In this document: one piece after another, positions 17,796 to 25,941 of the stretch
Layout: each line of letters begins with the position of its first letter
How positions within the stretch are numbered: the stretch's first letter is position 1
Assembly: GCA_014796735.1 (NCBI GenBank)
Contig: JAAVIG010000060.1
Coordinates: 1-41,821, forward strand
Source: Oscillospiraceae bacterium
GTDB lineage: Bacteria > Bacillota > Clostridia > Oscillospirales > Ruminococcaceae
Direction: 5' to 3'
DNA: 41,821 nt
Made by a program: the position numbers and the translations under genes
Notes under the pieces: generated by a model
Seen by the model: only the letters and a program-made list of their open reading frames with translations
What the model was told of the DNA's origin: nothing
The model's database searches: none

Positions 17796-19664
17796 TCAGT
17801 GATGACTGTCACTGTGGTGCGAGCTTCCGTGATGACTCGTGCTTGTAGTGACGGTTTCGTGATGCTCGGTTTCGTTATTGTGATGATGTGCTTCGGTATG
17901 ATGATAATAGCCTACTCCGCAGTCTGTTATTGTTCCCGTTGAACCTGCGCAGCCCAAAAGCTGATTTTTGGTCACCGTATCACCCGCATGAACATGCATT
18001 TCGCTTAAGTGACCGTATGTTATATATGTTCCGTCGTCAAGCATAACGCTTACGTGACGTCCGCAGTCACCTTCATCATCTGCGCAGACCACCGTTCCGC
18101 TGCACAGGGCGTAAACATTTTCGCCGTATTGGGCGGGGAGGATCGTTTGCGTGTTGTTATTGTCAATTTCTATTGTCAGTCCGTGATGAGTACAGCTGCT
18201 GTGTCCTTGTGCATGTGCATTATTAAGGAATTCGGAATTTATAACACATTCCGCTATAAGGTCGGTATCGCCGGGGGTAAGAATTATTGGATCGGGAGCA
18301 TTTCCGACAGCATTGCCGACCTCGTCTGTAATGATCTCGCTGATTGCGGCAGTTGTTTCGACCGTTTTTGCGGAGGTTGGGTTGGTGCGTATTGTTTCGA
18401 TATATTCGCAATTCATTCCCGTTGCCGAGAAGGTACACATGGTAAACAGTACGTCGGTGATTCCCTGTCCCTTAATAAACTCCACTGCGTTTAAATCGAA
18501 ATATCTTATATCGCAAACATATATTTCCTCAAAGCCGCTTGTAAGGAAGGGGATTTCCGCATTGCCGTAGCAGTCCTTGAATACCGCCAGTTTCCTGCCG
18601 TTATTAACATCGGTCTCTATCCTTACTATCTTATTGTCTCCGCCCATGAACATCTCATACGAGTAGGCAACCGGCATTTCAAGGAAGTAAGAATCCTTGC
18701 TGTCAAAATTGTATTTTGTATCGTAATAGTAACATTCAAAGTTGTTAGCGGGGATATAGTAGGTAAAGGTTTCGGGGTCGTTCAGCAGGTTTGCGTCTTG
18801 AGTAACCACGCTGTACAAAGTACCTACGTATTCCTCTATATCTCTTTTTTCATAGGTATTAAGCTCGGGGAAGGGTACGTTCGCCGCTTTCGCAAATTCA
18901 CCTGCCGCGTAATATGCTCCCAAGGGCTGCCAGTGGTGATCGGTGCGGAGGTATATTTCCTCGTCTATATGCTCTTTTAACGTGCCTACGCAGTCAACGT
19001 TTGTCACCTTATTGCTTAAGCCGGCCGCGATATATGAGATATCGTCGGACTGTGAGGCGTTGTATTCCGCGAAGTTTTTCGGGGTGTAGTATTCGCCGCT
19101 TGTGGGGGCTATCATAACATAGGTTGCGATACCGTTTCCCAAGTCTTCGGCAAAGGCGTTGATATATTGTACAAAATTATCCCGTTTTGAGCTGTTGTCG
19201 TAAAGAATGATACCGCGGTGATGTCCGTTTTGCTCGCAGACTATCGTCCCGTTGGTGTGTATTCCCGGCGCGATCTCGTTTCGGGGGTCGTAAGAAGGTT
19301 CGGTTGTGGCGGAGGGTTCGTTGGTTGTAACAACGGGTTTGTCTGTCACGGTGCTATCGGTGTAGGTGTTTTTCTCTGTTGTCTCGTTTGATCCTTCGTA
19401 GATCGGATTTTCGGGCAGACCTCCATTTGGCGTTACATTGTCCGAACCTTTTCCCGACAGGATCAGCACGGGGACAGCCACCGCGCAGACGACCGCGGCG
19501 CAGGCCGCCGTTTTCAGTACGTTGATAAGAATGTATCTTTTTGACGATTGCTTTAAGGGCTGTGTTTCCACGGCGTAAACAGGCTGTTCGGGACTGTTCT
19601 TGGCTTCGTCGATAAATTTTTCGTTAATGCCGTCAAATATTTCCAAAAAATCTTTATTTTTCAT
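17796..19664 (-). CDS. Putative anti-sigma factor: TM helix, DHHW (AlgX/AlgJ-like) domain, degenerate M23 peptidase domain, His-rich tail
   Basis: N-term FLEIFDGINEKFIDEA typical of clostridial ECF partners; TM AACAAVVCAVAVPVLIL; YLRTDHHWQPLGAYY and FKDCYGN; VYALCSGTV...YGHLSEMHVHAGDTVTKNQLLGCAGSTG; 3 nt downstream of ECF sigma. Confidence 0.75.
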   Translation of the reverse strand: MKNKDFLEIFDGINEKFIDEAKNSPEQPVYAVETQPLKQSSKRYILINVLKTAACAAVVCAVAVPVLILSGKGSDNVTPNGGLPENPIYEGSNETTEKNTYTDSTVTDKPVVTTNEPSATTEPSYDPRNEIAPGIHTNGTIVCEQNGHHRGIILYDNSSKRDNFVQYINAFAEDLGNGIATYVMIAPTSGEYYTPKNFAEYNASQSDDISYIAAGLSNKVTNVDCVGTLKEHIDEEIYLRTDHHWQPLGAYYAAGEFAKAANVPFPELNTYEKRDIEEYVGTLYSVVTQDANLLNDPETFTYYIPANNFECYYYDTKYNFDSKDSYFLEMPVAYSYEMFMGGDNKIVRIETDVNNGRKLAVFKDCYGNAEIPFLTSGFEEIYVCDIRYFDLNAVEFIKGQGITDVLFTMCTFSATGMNCEYIETIRTNPTSAKTVETTAAISEIITDEVGNAVGNAPDPIILTPGDTDLIAECVINSEFLNNAHAQGHSSCTHHGLTIEIDNNNTQTILPAQYGENVYALCSGTVVCADDEGDCGRHVSVMLDDGTYITYGHLSEMHVHAGDTVTKNQLLGCAGSTGTITDCGVGYYHHTEAHHHNNETEHHETVTTSTSHHGSSHHSDSHH

Positions 19665-19667
19665 AAC

Positions 19668-20222
19668 TCAATAACCTCTTTTCTGCAAGTACTTTTTCAG
19701 TGCGTCACGCGTTCTGCTGAGAGTTACCGAAGCGTTGTTTTCGCTCATTCCCGCCGAAGCGGCAATATCCGCTACGTTGTCGCAGTACCAGTATCTTCTT
19801 ACGAAAATTATTCTCTTTTTTGAGGGCAGCTTTTCCAAAAAGTCGTTGATCGCTTCAAGCAGCTCTTTGCGCTCCGCTTCCTCTTCAACGCTTCTTTCCG
19901 TGAAGACAAAGTTTTCCAATTCCTCAAACGCCGTATCGGGTTCGCTTCCGCCTCTTTTTTCACGGTGCATAAGCCTGTATCTGTTAAGGGCTATGTTTTT
20001 CGCTATCTTGGCTATGTAAGCGGACAGAAAGCTCGGAGTATTGGGCGGTACAGTTTCCCACACCTTTAATAGGGCTTCGTTAACACACTCTTCGGCGTCC
20101 TGAAAATTGTGCAGTATGTTTTTGCATATCGCCGTGCAAAGTCCGCCGTACTTTTGAGAAAGGGCCGAGATCGCCGTTTCGTCTTTGGTATTAAAAAGAT
20201 CTATAATTTCCGCGTCTTCCAT
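19668..20222 (-). CDS. ECF-type RNA polymerase sigma factor
   Basis: DAEECVNEALLKVW (region 2), YIAKIAKNIALNRYR, LPSKKRIIFVRRYWYCDNVADIA...VTLSRTR (region 4). Confidence 0.93.
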   Translation of the reverse strand: MEDAEIIDLFNTKDETAISALSQKYGGLCTAICKNILHNFQDAEECVNEALLKVWETVPPNTPSFLSAYIAKIAKNIALNRYRLMHREKRGGSEPDTAFEELENFVFTERSVEEEAERKELLEAINDFLEKLPSKKRIIFVRRYWYCDNVADIAASAGMSENNASVTLSRTRDALKKYLQKRGY

Positions 20223-20377
20223 TTGCGTTCTTCCTTTCTCTTTTTGTGGCAGCGCAAGGGGATTTTGTGAATTGCTGTGAAAGTTACTTTCATAGGTTAA
20301 GACAACATTCTTTGAAAAATCTTACATGTTTTTGAAAATTTTTTTGGAAATTTACCGTGTTGGTTAATTTTATTATA

Positions 20378-20404
20378 ATATCGGGGCAGTAAAAAATTCG
20401 ATTA
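20378..20404 (-). promoter_or_regulatory. Candidate sigma28-like promoter of the ECF sigma/anti-sigma pair
   Basis: Minus strand TAAT-15 nt-CCCGATAT (one mismatch in each box versus TAAA-N15-GCCGATAT). Confidence 0.45.
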
Positions 20405-20493
20405 AAATATAACCCGTCAGAACCAAATAAAATGAGGTTTTGACGGGTATGTTTGTATTGGTAAGATGTCAACGCTCTAAGCGGCGGCTTCGC
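20404..20493 (-). repeat. 90 bp dispersed repeat ending in a terminator-like hairpin, copy B
   Basis: Inverted homologue of 17653-17742; positioned as terminator for the minus-strand gene ending at 20528. Confidence 0.85.
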
Positions 20494-20527
20494 CGCTTAT
20501 ATTTTTTCATATCCCCCGAAAGCTTTA

Positions 20528-21013
20528 CTATTCCCGATTTCTTTTATCCTTTGCCGCAACTCTGACCGCAGCCTTGGTCATTTCCTTGATCACTCTCGGT
20601 CGCAGCCTTTCGCACTTTTCAAAATACTCCTCTTCATCACGCGCAAATTCGGGTCTTATCGTTTCGATAACGCTTCTGGTAAGCTCCCACAGGTTGCGGT
20701 CTGTAGGCGTCAGATTGAAGCGGTTTACCACCGTTTCCAGCTCTTGATTTATAAGCTCAGCTACGATAAAGGTTATTCCCCGGTCTGCTGCCGGCTGTTC
20801 CTCCTGCTGTTCGGGTTCGGGTGACGGAGGTTGGAATTCTTCGGCGGGGAGTCCCGTAAGCTCCGACATTTCCTCCGCAAGGGTCAATGTTGGTGGTTTT
20901 AACAGCGGAGGTGCTTTTCCCTGCAGCTCTTGAAGAGAGGGGGAAACCATTTTCTTGGCCGGCTCTGTGCCTACCAGATCAAGTACGTGTTTGGTTTTCG
21001 CGCTTCGTGCCAT
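20528..21013 (-). CDS. ParA-associated protein with a degenerate, Cys-poor ComFB-like C-terminal domain
   Basis: AAGGAG RBS; N-term MARSAKTKHVLDLV, Pro/Glu linker, then FIVAELINQELETVVNRFNLTPTDRNLWELTRSVIETIRPEF, which aligns by eye with the ComFB pattern N.MEELV...CxCxxC...ALNxLPPxY without the cysteines. Confidence 0.55.
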   Translation of the reverse strand: MARSAKTKHVLDLVGTEPAKKMVSPSLQELQGKAPPLLKPPTLTLAEEMSELTGLPAEEFQPPSPEPEQQEEQPAADRGITFIVAELINQELETVVNRFNLTPTDRNLWELTRSVIETIRPEFARDEEEYFEKCERLRPRVIKEMTKAAVRVAAKDKRNRE

Positions 21014-21053
21014 GATTCGCCGCTCTCCTTTTTTGTAGTGGTTGGTTGGAGGC

Positions 21054-21236
21054 GGCGGAGCCGCCGAATTTTCGGAGAAAATTCGGCACCTTTCTCAGCG
21101 TAGGCTGAGAAAGGGCAAATTCCCGTTAGGGAATTTGCGGCTCCGCCCCTGCGGTGGGGCAGTTTTTGGGTAGGAGCAATTTTTGCGGATGGGGTGGCAG
21201 TGGTTAGTTGAGGGAGCGGCGCAGGTATACATTTGT
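21054..21236 (+). repeat. Four-way-junction repeat element, copy 2 (junction 21054-21147 plus tail)
   Basis: GGCGGAGCC [GCCGAATTTTC-GGA-GAAAATTCGGC] A [CCTTTCTCAGC-GTAG-GCTGAGAAAGG][GCAAATTCCC-GTTA-GGGAATTTGC] GGCTCCGCC CCTGCGGTGGGGCAGTTTTTG. Confidence 0.9.
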
Positions 21237-21432
21237 ATGGTTTTATGGTAAAGCGGGCGGCAGAGGTTTTTAATAAAAAAGCATCTTAAAAGGAAAACAA
21301 GATGTGAAAGCAGTAAATCGGCTGCCGACTTGTGCCGATCATCAACCTCCTTTCACTTCTCCAACCCTTTCCGCTCCCCTGCTGATCAACACCGCCCGCC
21401 GACCCGTGCCAATCTCTGCCCTTACCTTTGCC

Positions 21433-21469
21433 TTATACTAATCCCACAGTTTCAAAAGGGATTAGTATT
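21433..21469. repeat. 37 bp hairpin motif downstream of parA
   Basis: TTATACTAATCCC-ACAGTTTCAAAA-GGGATTAGTATT; 35/37 identical to the reverse complement of 22708-22744. Confidence 0.85.
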
Positions 21470-21570
21470 GAACTCTTTTACAACCACCTGCCGACCTCTG
21501 CCAATCTCCTACGTTTCTCAACCCCTACCGACTTGTGCCAATGTCCTGCCAACTTCATCCGTACACCCCC

Positions 21571-21685
21571 GTTCCTGCGCAAAAACTACCCCACAGCAGG
21601 GGCGGAGCAGCATTTTTCTGACGAAAAATGCGTGGCGGCTTTCGCCGCCACGCGTTATTTTCTCCGAAAATAACGCAGCTCCGCC
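21571..21685 (-). repeat. Four-way-junction repeat element, copy 3 (junction 21601-21685 plus tail), inverted relative to copy 2
   Basis: Minus strand GGCGGAGC T [GCGTTATTTTC-GGA-GAAAATAACGC][GTGGCGGC-GAAA-GCCGCCAC][GCATTTTTC-GTCA-GAAAAATGC] T GCTCCGCC CCTGCTGTGGGGTAGTTTTTG. Confidence 0.9.
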
Positions 21686-21731
21686 TTCGGGTGCAATCTT
21701 CATTATAAATTTTGGTCAAACCGAGTAAAGC

Positions 21732-22565
21732 TTAAAACTCCTGCTCCTCAGGCAGCGGGTGTTTCCTCGGTCTTCCCCTGCCCTGCTTCTTCTCGACTCT
21801 TACAGGCTTTTCCATACCCAATACCTCATAGATCAGATCGGTATATTCCTTAGCCGCCTTAGACTTCGGCGCATACTCCATAATGGTCTTTGCGTGCGCG
21901 GGAGCCTCCGCGATAACAACACTGTTGCTTATCTTCTGCTCAAACACATCGGTATCCAGCTGCTCCGCGATCATATTAGCCAAGTCCTCCACCTCTTTGG
22001 TGAGAATAAGCCGAGGATTATACTTGTTAAGCAATATTCCCCTTATCTCCAGCGACTTGTTATAATATTTTTTTACCGCGAAAATAGTTTCCTTAAGCTG
22101 AGCGATTCCCTGTAAAGAAAGTATCTCGGGCACCATGGGTATAATAAGCTCGTTAGCCGCCGTATAGGCGTTAATGGTAAGAATGGACAGCGCGGGCGGC
22201 GTATCTATTATAATGAAATCGTAGTCCTTCTCAACATAGCTCAGCTGTTCTCTCAGTATATATTCTCTCCCGACAGTTGTAAGCTCCAGTTCGCAGCCCG
22301 ACAGCAGAATATTTGCGGGCACCACATCGCAGCAGCCCACATGCTGAACCGTGTCGTAAAGGTTTACGGAACCCTTGAAGACGTCATATATGGTATAGCA
22401 CTCGTCCGCGTCCGCACCTAAGCTAAATGAAAGATTCCCCTGCGGATCCAGGTCTATCGCCAGAACCCTGTTGTTCATCGCGGTAAGACATCCGCAAAGC
22501 GAGCTGCATGTGGTAGTCTTTCCCACACCGCCTTTTTGATTTGTAACGGCAATTACCTTCGCCAT
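21732..22565 (-). CDS. Orphan ParA/Soj family ATPase with C-terminal GRGRPRK (AT-hook-like) tail
   Basis: Deviant Walker A NQKGGVGKTTT, IDLDPQGNL, DFIIIDTPP, EAPAHAKTIMEYAPKSKAAKEY; no parB adjacent. Confidence 0.93.
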   Translation of the reverse strand: MAKVIAVTNQKGGVGKTTTCSSLCGCLTAMNNRVLAIDLDPQGNLSFSLGADADECYTIYDVFKGSVNLYDTVQHVGCCDVVPANILLSGCELELTTVGREYILREQLSYVEKDYDFIIIDTPPALSILTINAYTAANELIIPMVPEILSLQGIAQLKETIFAVKKYYNKSLEIRGILLNKYNPRLILTKEVEDLANMIAEQLDTDVFEQKISNSVVIAEAPAHAKTIMEYAPKSKAAKEYTDLIYEVLGMEKPVRVEKKQGRGRPRKHPLPEEQEF

Positions 22566-22707
22566 ATTTTTCTTTTCTTAAAGCAGGCTTTCCGAAAATC
22601 CGAAATTTTTCCCTTTTCTTTTTTCACAAAGCCTTTCTTTAAGGGTCTCCTTTTTATTTTTGGAACTACTTTCCCCGCGTTCCCTGCGTAAAAGCTTCCG
22701 GTTGTTT

Positions 22708-22798
22708 AATACTAATCCCTTTTAAAACTGTGGGATTAGTGTAATGGGTGCAATCCCTTTTTGAACTGTGGATATTACGTCAGTTTAAAAAGGGATTG
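22708..22798. promoter_or_regulatory. Cluster of three AATCCCTTTT-N-RAACTG motifs upstream of parA
   Basis: Hairpin copy 22708-22744 plus an 18 bp inverted pair CAATCCCTTTTTGAACTG (22751-22768) / CAGTTTAAAAAGGGATTG (22781-22798). Confidence 0.6.
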
Positions 22799-22870
22799 GT
22801 ATAAAATAAATCGTCAAAAGCCGACGAAACACCGTACAAGTTCTGACTGCGCGGTGTTTCTCCTTATAAT

Positions 22871-24862
22871 TTAAATTATAGTATTTCCCAGATCGAGATC
22901 GGGCGCCATGTTAGGATCGTAAATGTGATAATTGGATTTGCCGTTTTTCTTTACGAAGTACATTGCCTCATCAGCCGCGCCGACTAATTTCTCCGCGTTG
23001 GTTCCGTGCTCGGGAGCAAGGGCAATGCCTATGCTGGCGTTAATGTTAAGGATAACCTTTGCGGCTTCGCAGTTATATCCCGAATACAAAGCGTCTATAA
23101 TGCTCATCGAGAAATCGTCGCAGTTTTCCGCCTTCTCCTTGCCCGTTACGCAAAGCACAAATTCGTCTCCGCCGAAGCGTCCCGCGATTCCGTCATTGCC
23201 AACACATTCCTTGATGGTGTCGGAAACATACTTTATAACCTCGTCGCCTACATTATGCCCGTAACGGTCGTTAATAAACTTGAAATCGTCCACGTCGATA
23301 AACAGTATTGCGTATTTTTCGTTTGCTCTCTTAAGATCGAGTAATTTTTGCAGCTCTTTAAGGAATGTGCTTCTGTTGTAAAGCTGTGACAGGAAATCGT
23401 AGCTTGCCTTCTGAGAAAGCTGAAGGCTGGATTTCTTCTTGTTGTTGATGTCGGTCACCATTCCCATTATTTTTGTTACGGAGCCGTTTCTGCTGGTAAC
23501 TGCGCTGGATTTTATGTTGACCCATATCTCGGTGTTTTTCTTGGTCTTGATCTGAAATTCGTTTTCGACGTATTCTCTCAACCCCTCGTTGAGCGTGTTC
23601 ATATCCTTGATAAAGTGCCTTGAGTCCACATCGCTCATAAGCGAAGCAAAGAAAGTATTGTCAAAAATGTTTGCTCTGTCATAATCCAATTCAAAGGTGT
23701 CCTTGAAGTTTTGTGAAACAAAAAGCTTTTCGTCCTTCAAGTCCCATTCAAACAGCATGCTGTCCGACAAAGACGCGATGGTCTTGTGTACGTCCTCCGA
23801 AACGTAAAATTCGTCCAGCAGCGAGTTGAAGGCTTCGGAAATGACCTGAAATTCGTAGGTCTTGAAATTGGGAAGACGCTTCTGACGGTCGCCCGCGTTT
23901 ATCTCCTCCATTGCCGACGTTACCATTCCGATAGGCGTGATCGCGCGGCGGTAAATAGCAAAGGCTATGATCGAGTCTATTACGATAAATACCGCGAAAA
24001 CAATAAGACCTATGATCAGCACGGGCATTACGTCAAAGGATGCTGCGGAAGCGGGATAGTAAGCGACCCATAGCCATTCGCTGTCGTTTATTCTGCCGTA
24101 GGCGCCGTAATAGCCGTTCTGATTGAAGGGAACGTATTTGTTGTTTTCTCCTATGCTTGCCAGCGAATCGGCGGTTATACTTGCGGGAGCCTCCCACTCG
24201 GAGGTTCTCGTGACATTACCATTGACGTTAATCGCGTTCCCTGAAGCGTCCATAAAGGTGATGACGCCCTTTGTGTTGAAAAACGATGTGGAATTAAGAC
24301 CTACACAGAGAGGCGCAGTGTCTACCGCCGCACCGATATAGCCATTTCCGCCTGTAGCGGTGGCGATCTCTCTGATTATGTAAATATAGCTGGACGTACC
24401 CTCGTATTTTGCGCTGTCAAAAGAAATATCACTTATATAATAGGTGTTCTCGGGCACTGCCGACAGCTTGTCAAAATCCTTGTAGGTCTGCGAAAGCGAA
24501 CTTTGATCCGCCGCAGCTACGGAATAACCGTTGCTGTCCATAATGATAATATCTTTAAGAGCGGTATCCGCATTTACGCGGGAGACAAGCAGCTCGTCCA
24601 CCTTATCCTTGATAGCGTTGTAATCTCCGCCGGCGGCGCGCTTTATAATATCCATCTGTCCCATTGCCGCAAGGTCGGTGGAGTATCTGTCAAAGAAAAT
24701 AGTCTGGGATTTTGCGGCGCTGTAAGCGACAGAAGGCGTCTCACTGGCGACCATTTCGCCGTAAAAGCTTTCGTATTGCGCGCTTCCTATAGTACCGACA
24801 ATCGCGGCGGGCAACACTATTGACGAGACGATCAGAATTTTGAACACAGTTTTCAGTTTCAT
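22871..24862 (-). CDS. Membrane sensor diguanylate cyclase (Cache - HAMP - PAS - GGDEF)
   Basis: Two TM segments around an extracellular domain, HAMP (ITPIGMVTSAMEEINAGD...EFQVISEAFNSLL), PAS/PAC, DFLSQLYNR, DVDDFKFINDRYGHNVGD, RFGGDEF, SIGIA, ADEAMYFVKKNGK. Confidence 0.93.
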   Translation of the reverse strand: MKLKTVFKILIVSSIVLPAAIVGTIGSAQYESFYGEMVASETPSVAYSAAKSQTIFFDRYSTDLAAMGQMDIIKRAAGGDYNAIKDKVDELLVSRVNADTALKDIIIMDSNGYSVAAADQSSLSQTYKDFDKLSAVPENTYYISDISFDSAKYEGTSSYIYIIREIATATGGNGYIGAAVDTAPLCVGLNSTSFFNTKGVITFMDASGNAINVNGNVTRTSEWEAPASITADSLASIGENNKYVPFNQNGYYGAYGRINDSEWLWVAYYPASAASFDVMPVLIIGLIVFAVFIVIDSIIAFAIYRRAITPIGMVTSAMEEINAGDRQKRLPNFKTYEFQVISEAFNSLLDEFYVSEDVHKTIASLSDSMLFEWDLKDEKLFVSQNFKDTFELDYDRANIFDNTFFASLMSDVDSRHFIKDMNTLNEGLREYVENEFQIKTKKNTEIWVNIKSSAVTSRNGSVTKIMGMVTDINNKKKSSLQLSQKASYDFLSQLYNRSTFLKELQKLLDLKRANEKYAILFIDVDDFKFINDRYGHNVGDEVIKYVSDTIKECVGNDGIAGRFGGDEFVLCVTGKEKAENCDDFSMSIIDALYSGYNCEAAKVILNINASIGIALAPEHGTNAEKLVGAADEAMYFVKKNGKSNYHIYDPNMAPDLDLGNTII

Positions 24863-24968
24863 AGTTTGTTTACCGGTCCTTCCTCTTTTTAAAGGAGAAT
24901 TCTTTAATTAAATGTACAAAAAATTAACGACGGTCAAGCGCTTTTTTCGAAAGGCTCAACTGCTTATG

Positions 24969-25634
24969 TTATGAGTCCTCGCTTTTAAAGTTGTCAAGCT
25001 GTACTCTGAATACATATTTAGCAAAGGTTTCTTCAACGGCGGGGGTTATGTTGGTAAAGCGGCAGCCGTAGCCGGTAACATCTCCTGCAGCGTTGGTCTG
25101 TACTCGTATGATCTCGGCTCTTATATCCACGTGTTTGTTTTCCATCATAATTGTCAGCGTAAGAATATCTGACTTTTGCAGCGCTTCCTCGCATATGCAA
25201 AGGAAAATACCGCCTATATTCAAGTCCTTTATCCGTGCCACCGCGGGGGTTGCCAGGGCGATTCTTTCGCCGTTTCTTTCTATGGCGTTTATTATACAGT
25301 CGATATCCGCTTCTACCTTATAATATCTGCGGCGCTCCTCCATAACACTGGATTTTGCGGTTCTCATCACCACATTAAGCTGATAATCTGTCGAAACCTT
25401 AACATAAGAAGGGTATTTTACTCTTTCGCCGCTTTTCATCTGCGCGATAACTTCTACCTCGTTTCCGGTTTCTACCTCCGGCAGACCGCGTCCTTTTATT
25501 ATCAGCAATACGTCGGATCTTCCGGTGGTACTGCTTTGCAGTGAAAATTGTTTATTTGTTGCGGAAATGATCTTTGCGTGTGTTTCATCGGGAGTCAGAA
25601 TATCAAGCTTGACTATCCGTTCTCTTGAAAGCAT
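24969..25634 (-). CDS. PilZ-domain protein, YcgR/flagellar-brake-like
   Basis: Start reassigned to MLSRERIV (AGGAG RBS); ERRRYYKV and DLNIGG variants of the RxxxR and DxSxxG motifs; C-terminal YGCRF. Confidence 0.85.
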   Translation of the reverse strand: MLSRERIVKLDILTPDETHAKIISATNKQFSLQSSTTGRSDVLLIIKGRGLPEVETGNEVEVIAQMKSGERVKYPSYVKVSTDYQLNVVMRTAKSSVMEERRRYYKVEADIDCIINAIERNGERIALATPAVARIKDLNIGGIFLCICEEALQKSDILTLTIMMENKHVDIRAEIIRVQTNAAGDVTGYGCRFTNITPAVEETFAKYVFRVQLDNFKSEDS

Positions 25635-25705
25635 ATTTAATCTCCTAAAAGCTGTTGTAGGATTCAAAACATCGTATACTAGCGCAGTGTATATGACATA
25701 GAACA

Positions 25706-25734
25706 ATTATACCTTAAATTCTCCGATAAATCAA
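25706..25734 (-). promoter_or_regulatory. SigmaA promoter of the PilZ (and probably GGDEF) gene
   Basis: Minus strand TTGATT-17 nt-TATAAT. Confidence 0.7.
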
Positions 25735-25941
25735 GGGGTTATATTGAAATTTGATAAAAATAATAAAAAAATTTTTAAAAATTCTGTAAATTTGCGGCAA
25801 ACCGAAACATCTCTTGTGAAAATTACCGAAATTTTCCGTTTCTGTATATTATTTCTTCTTTACAACCGCACCCAAAATATAGTATAATATTATCAGGCAA
25901 AATTAAGGAAATATTGATGGAAAAAGCGGAAAGGCGGCGCT

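Noticed and set aside
21324-21543. CRISPR array
   Set aside because: Repeats are only 17 bp, degenerate and irregularly spaced (periods 74, 92, 37 nt); no cas genes.
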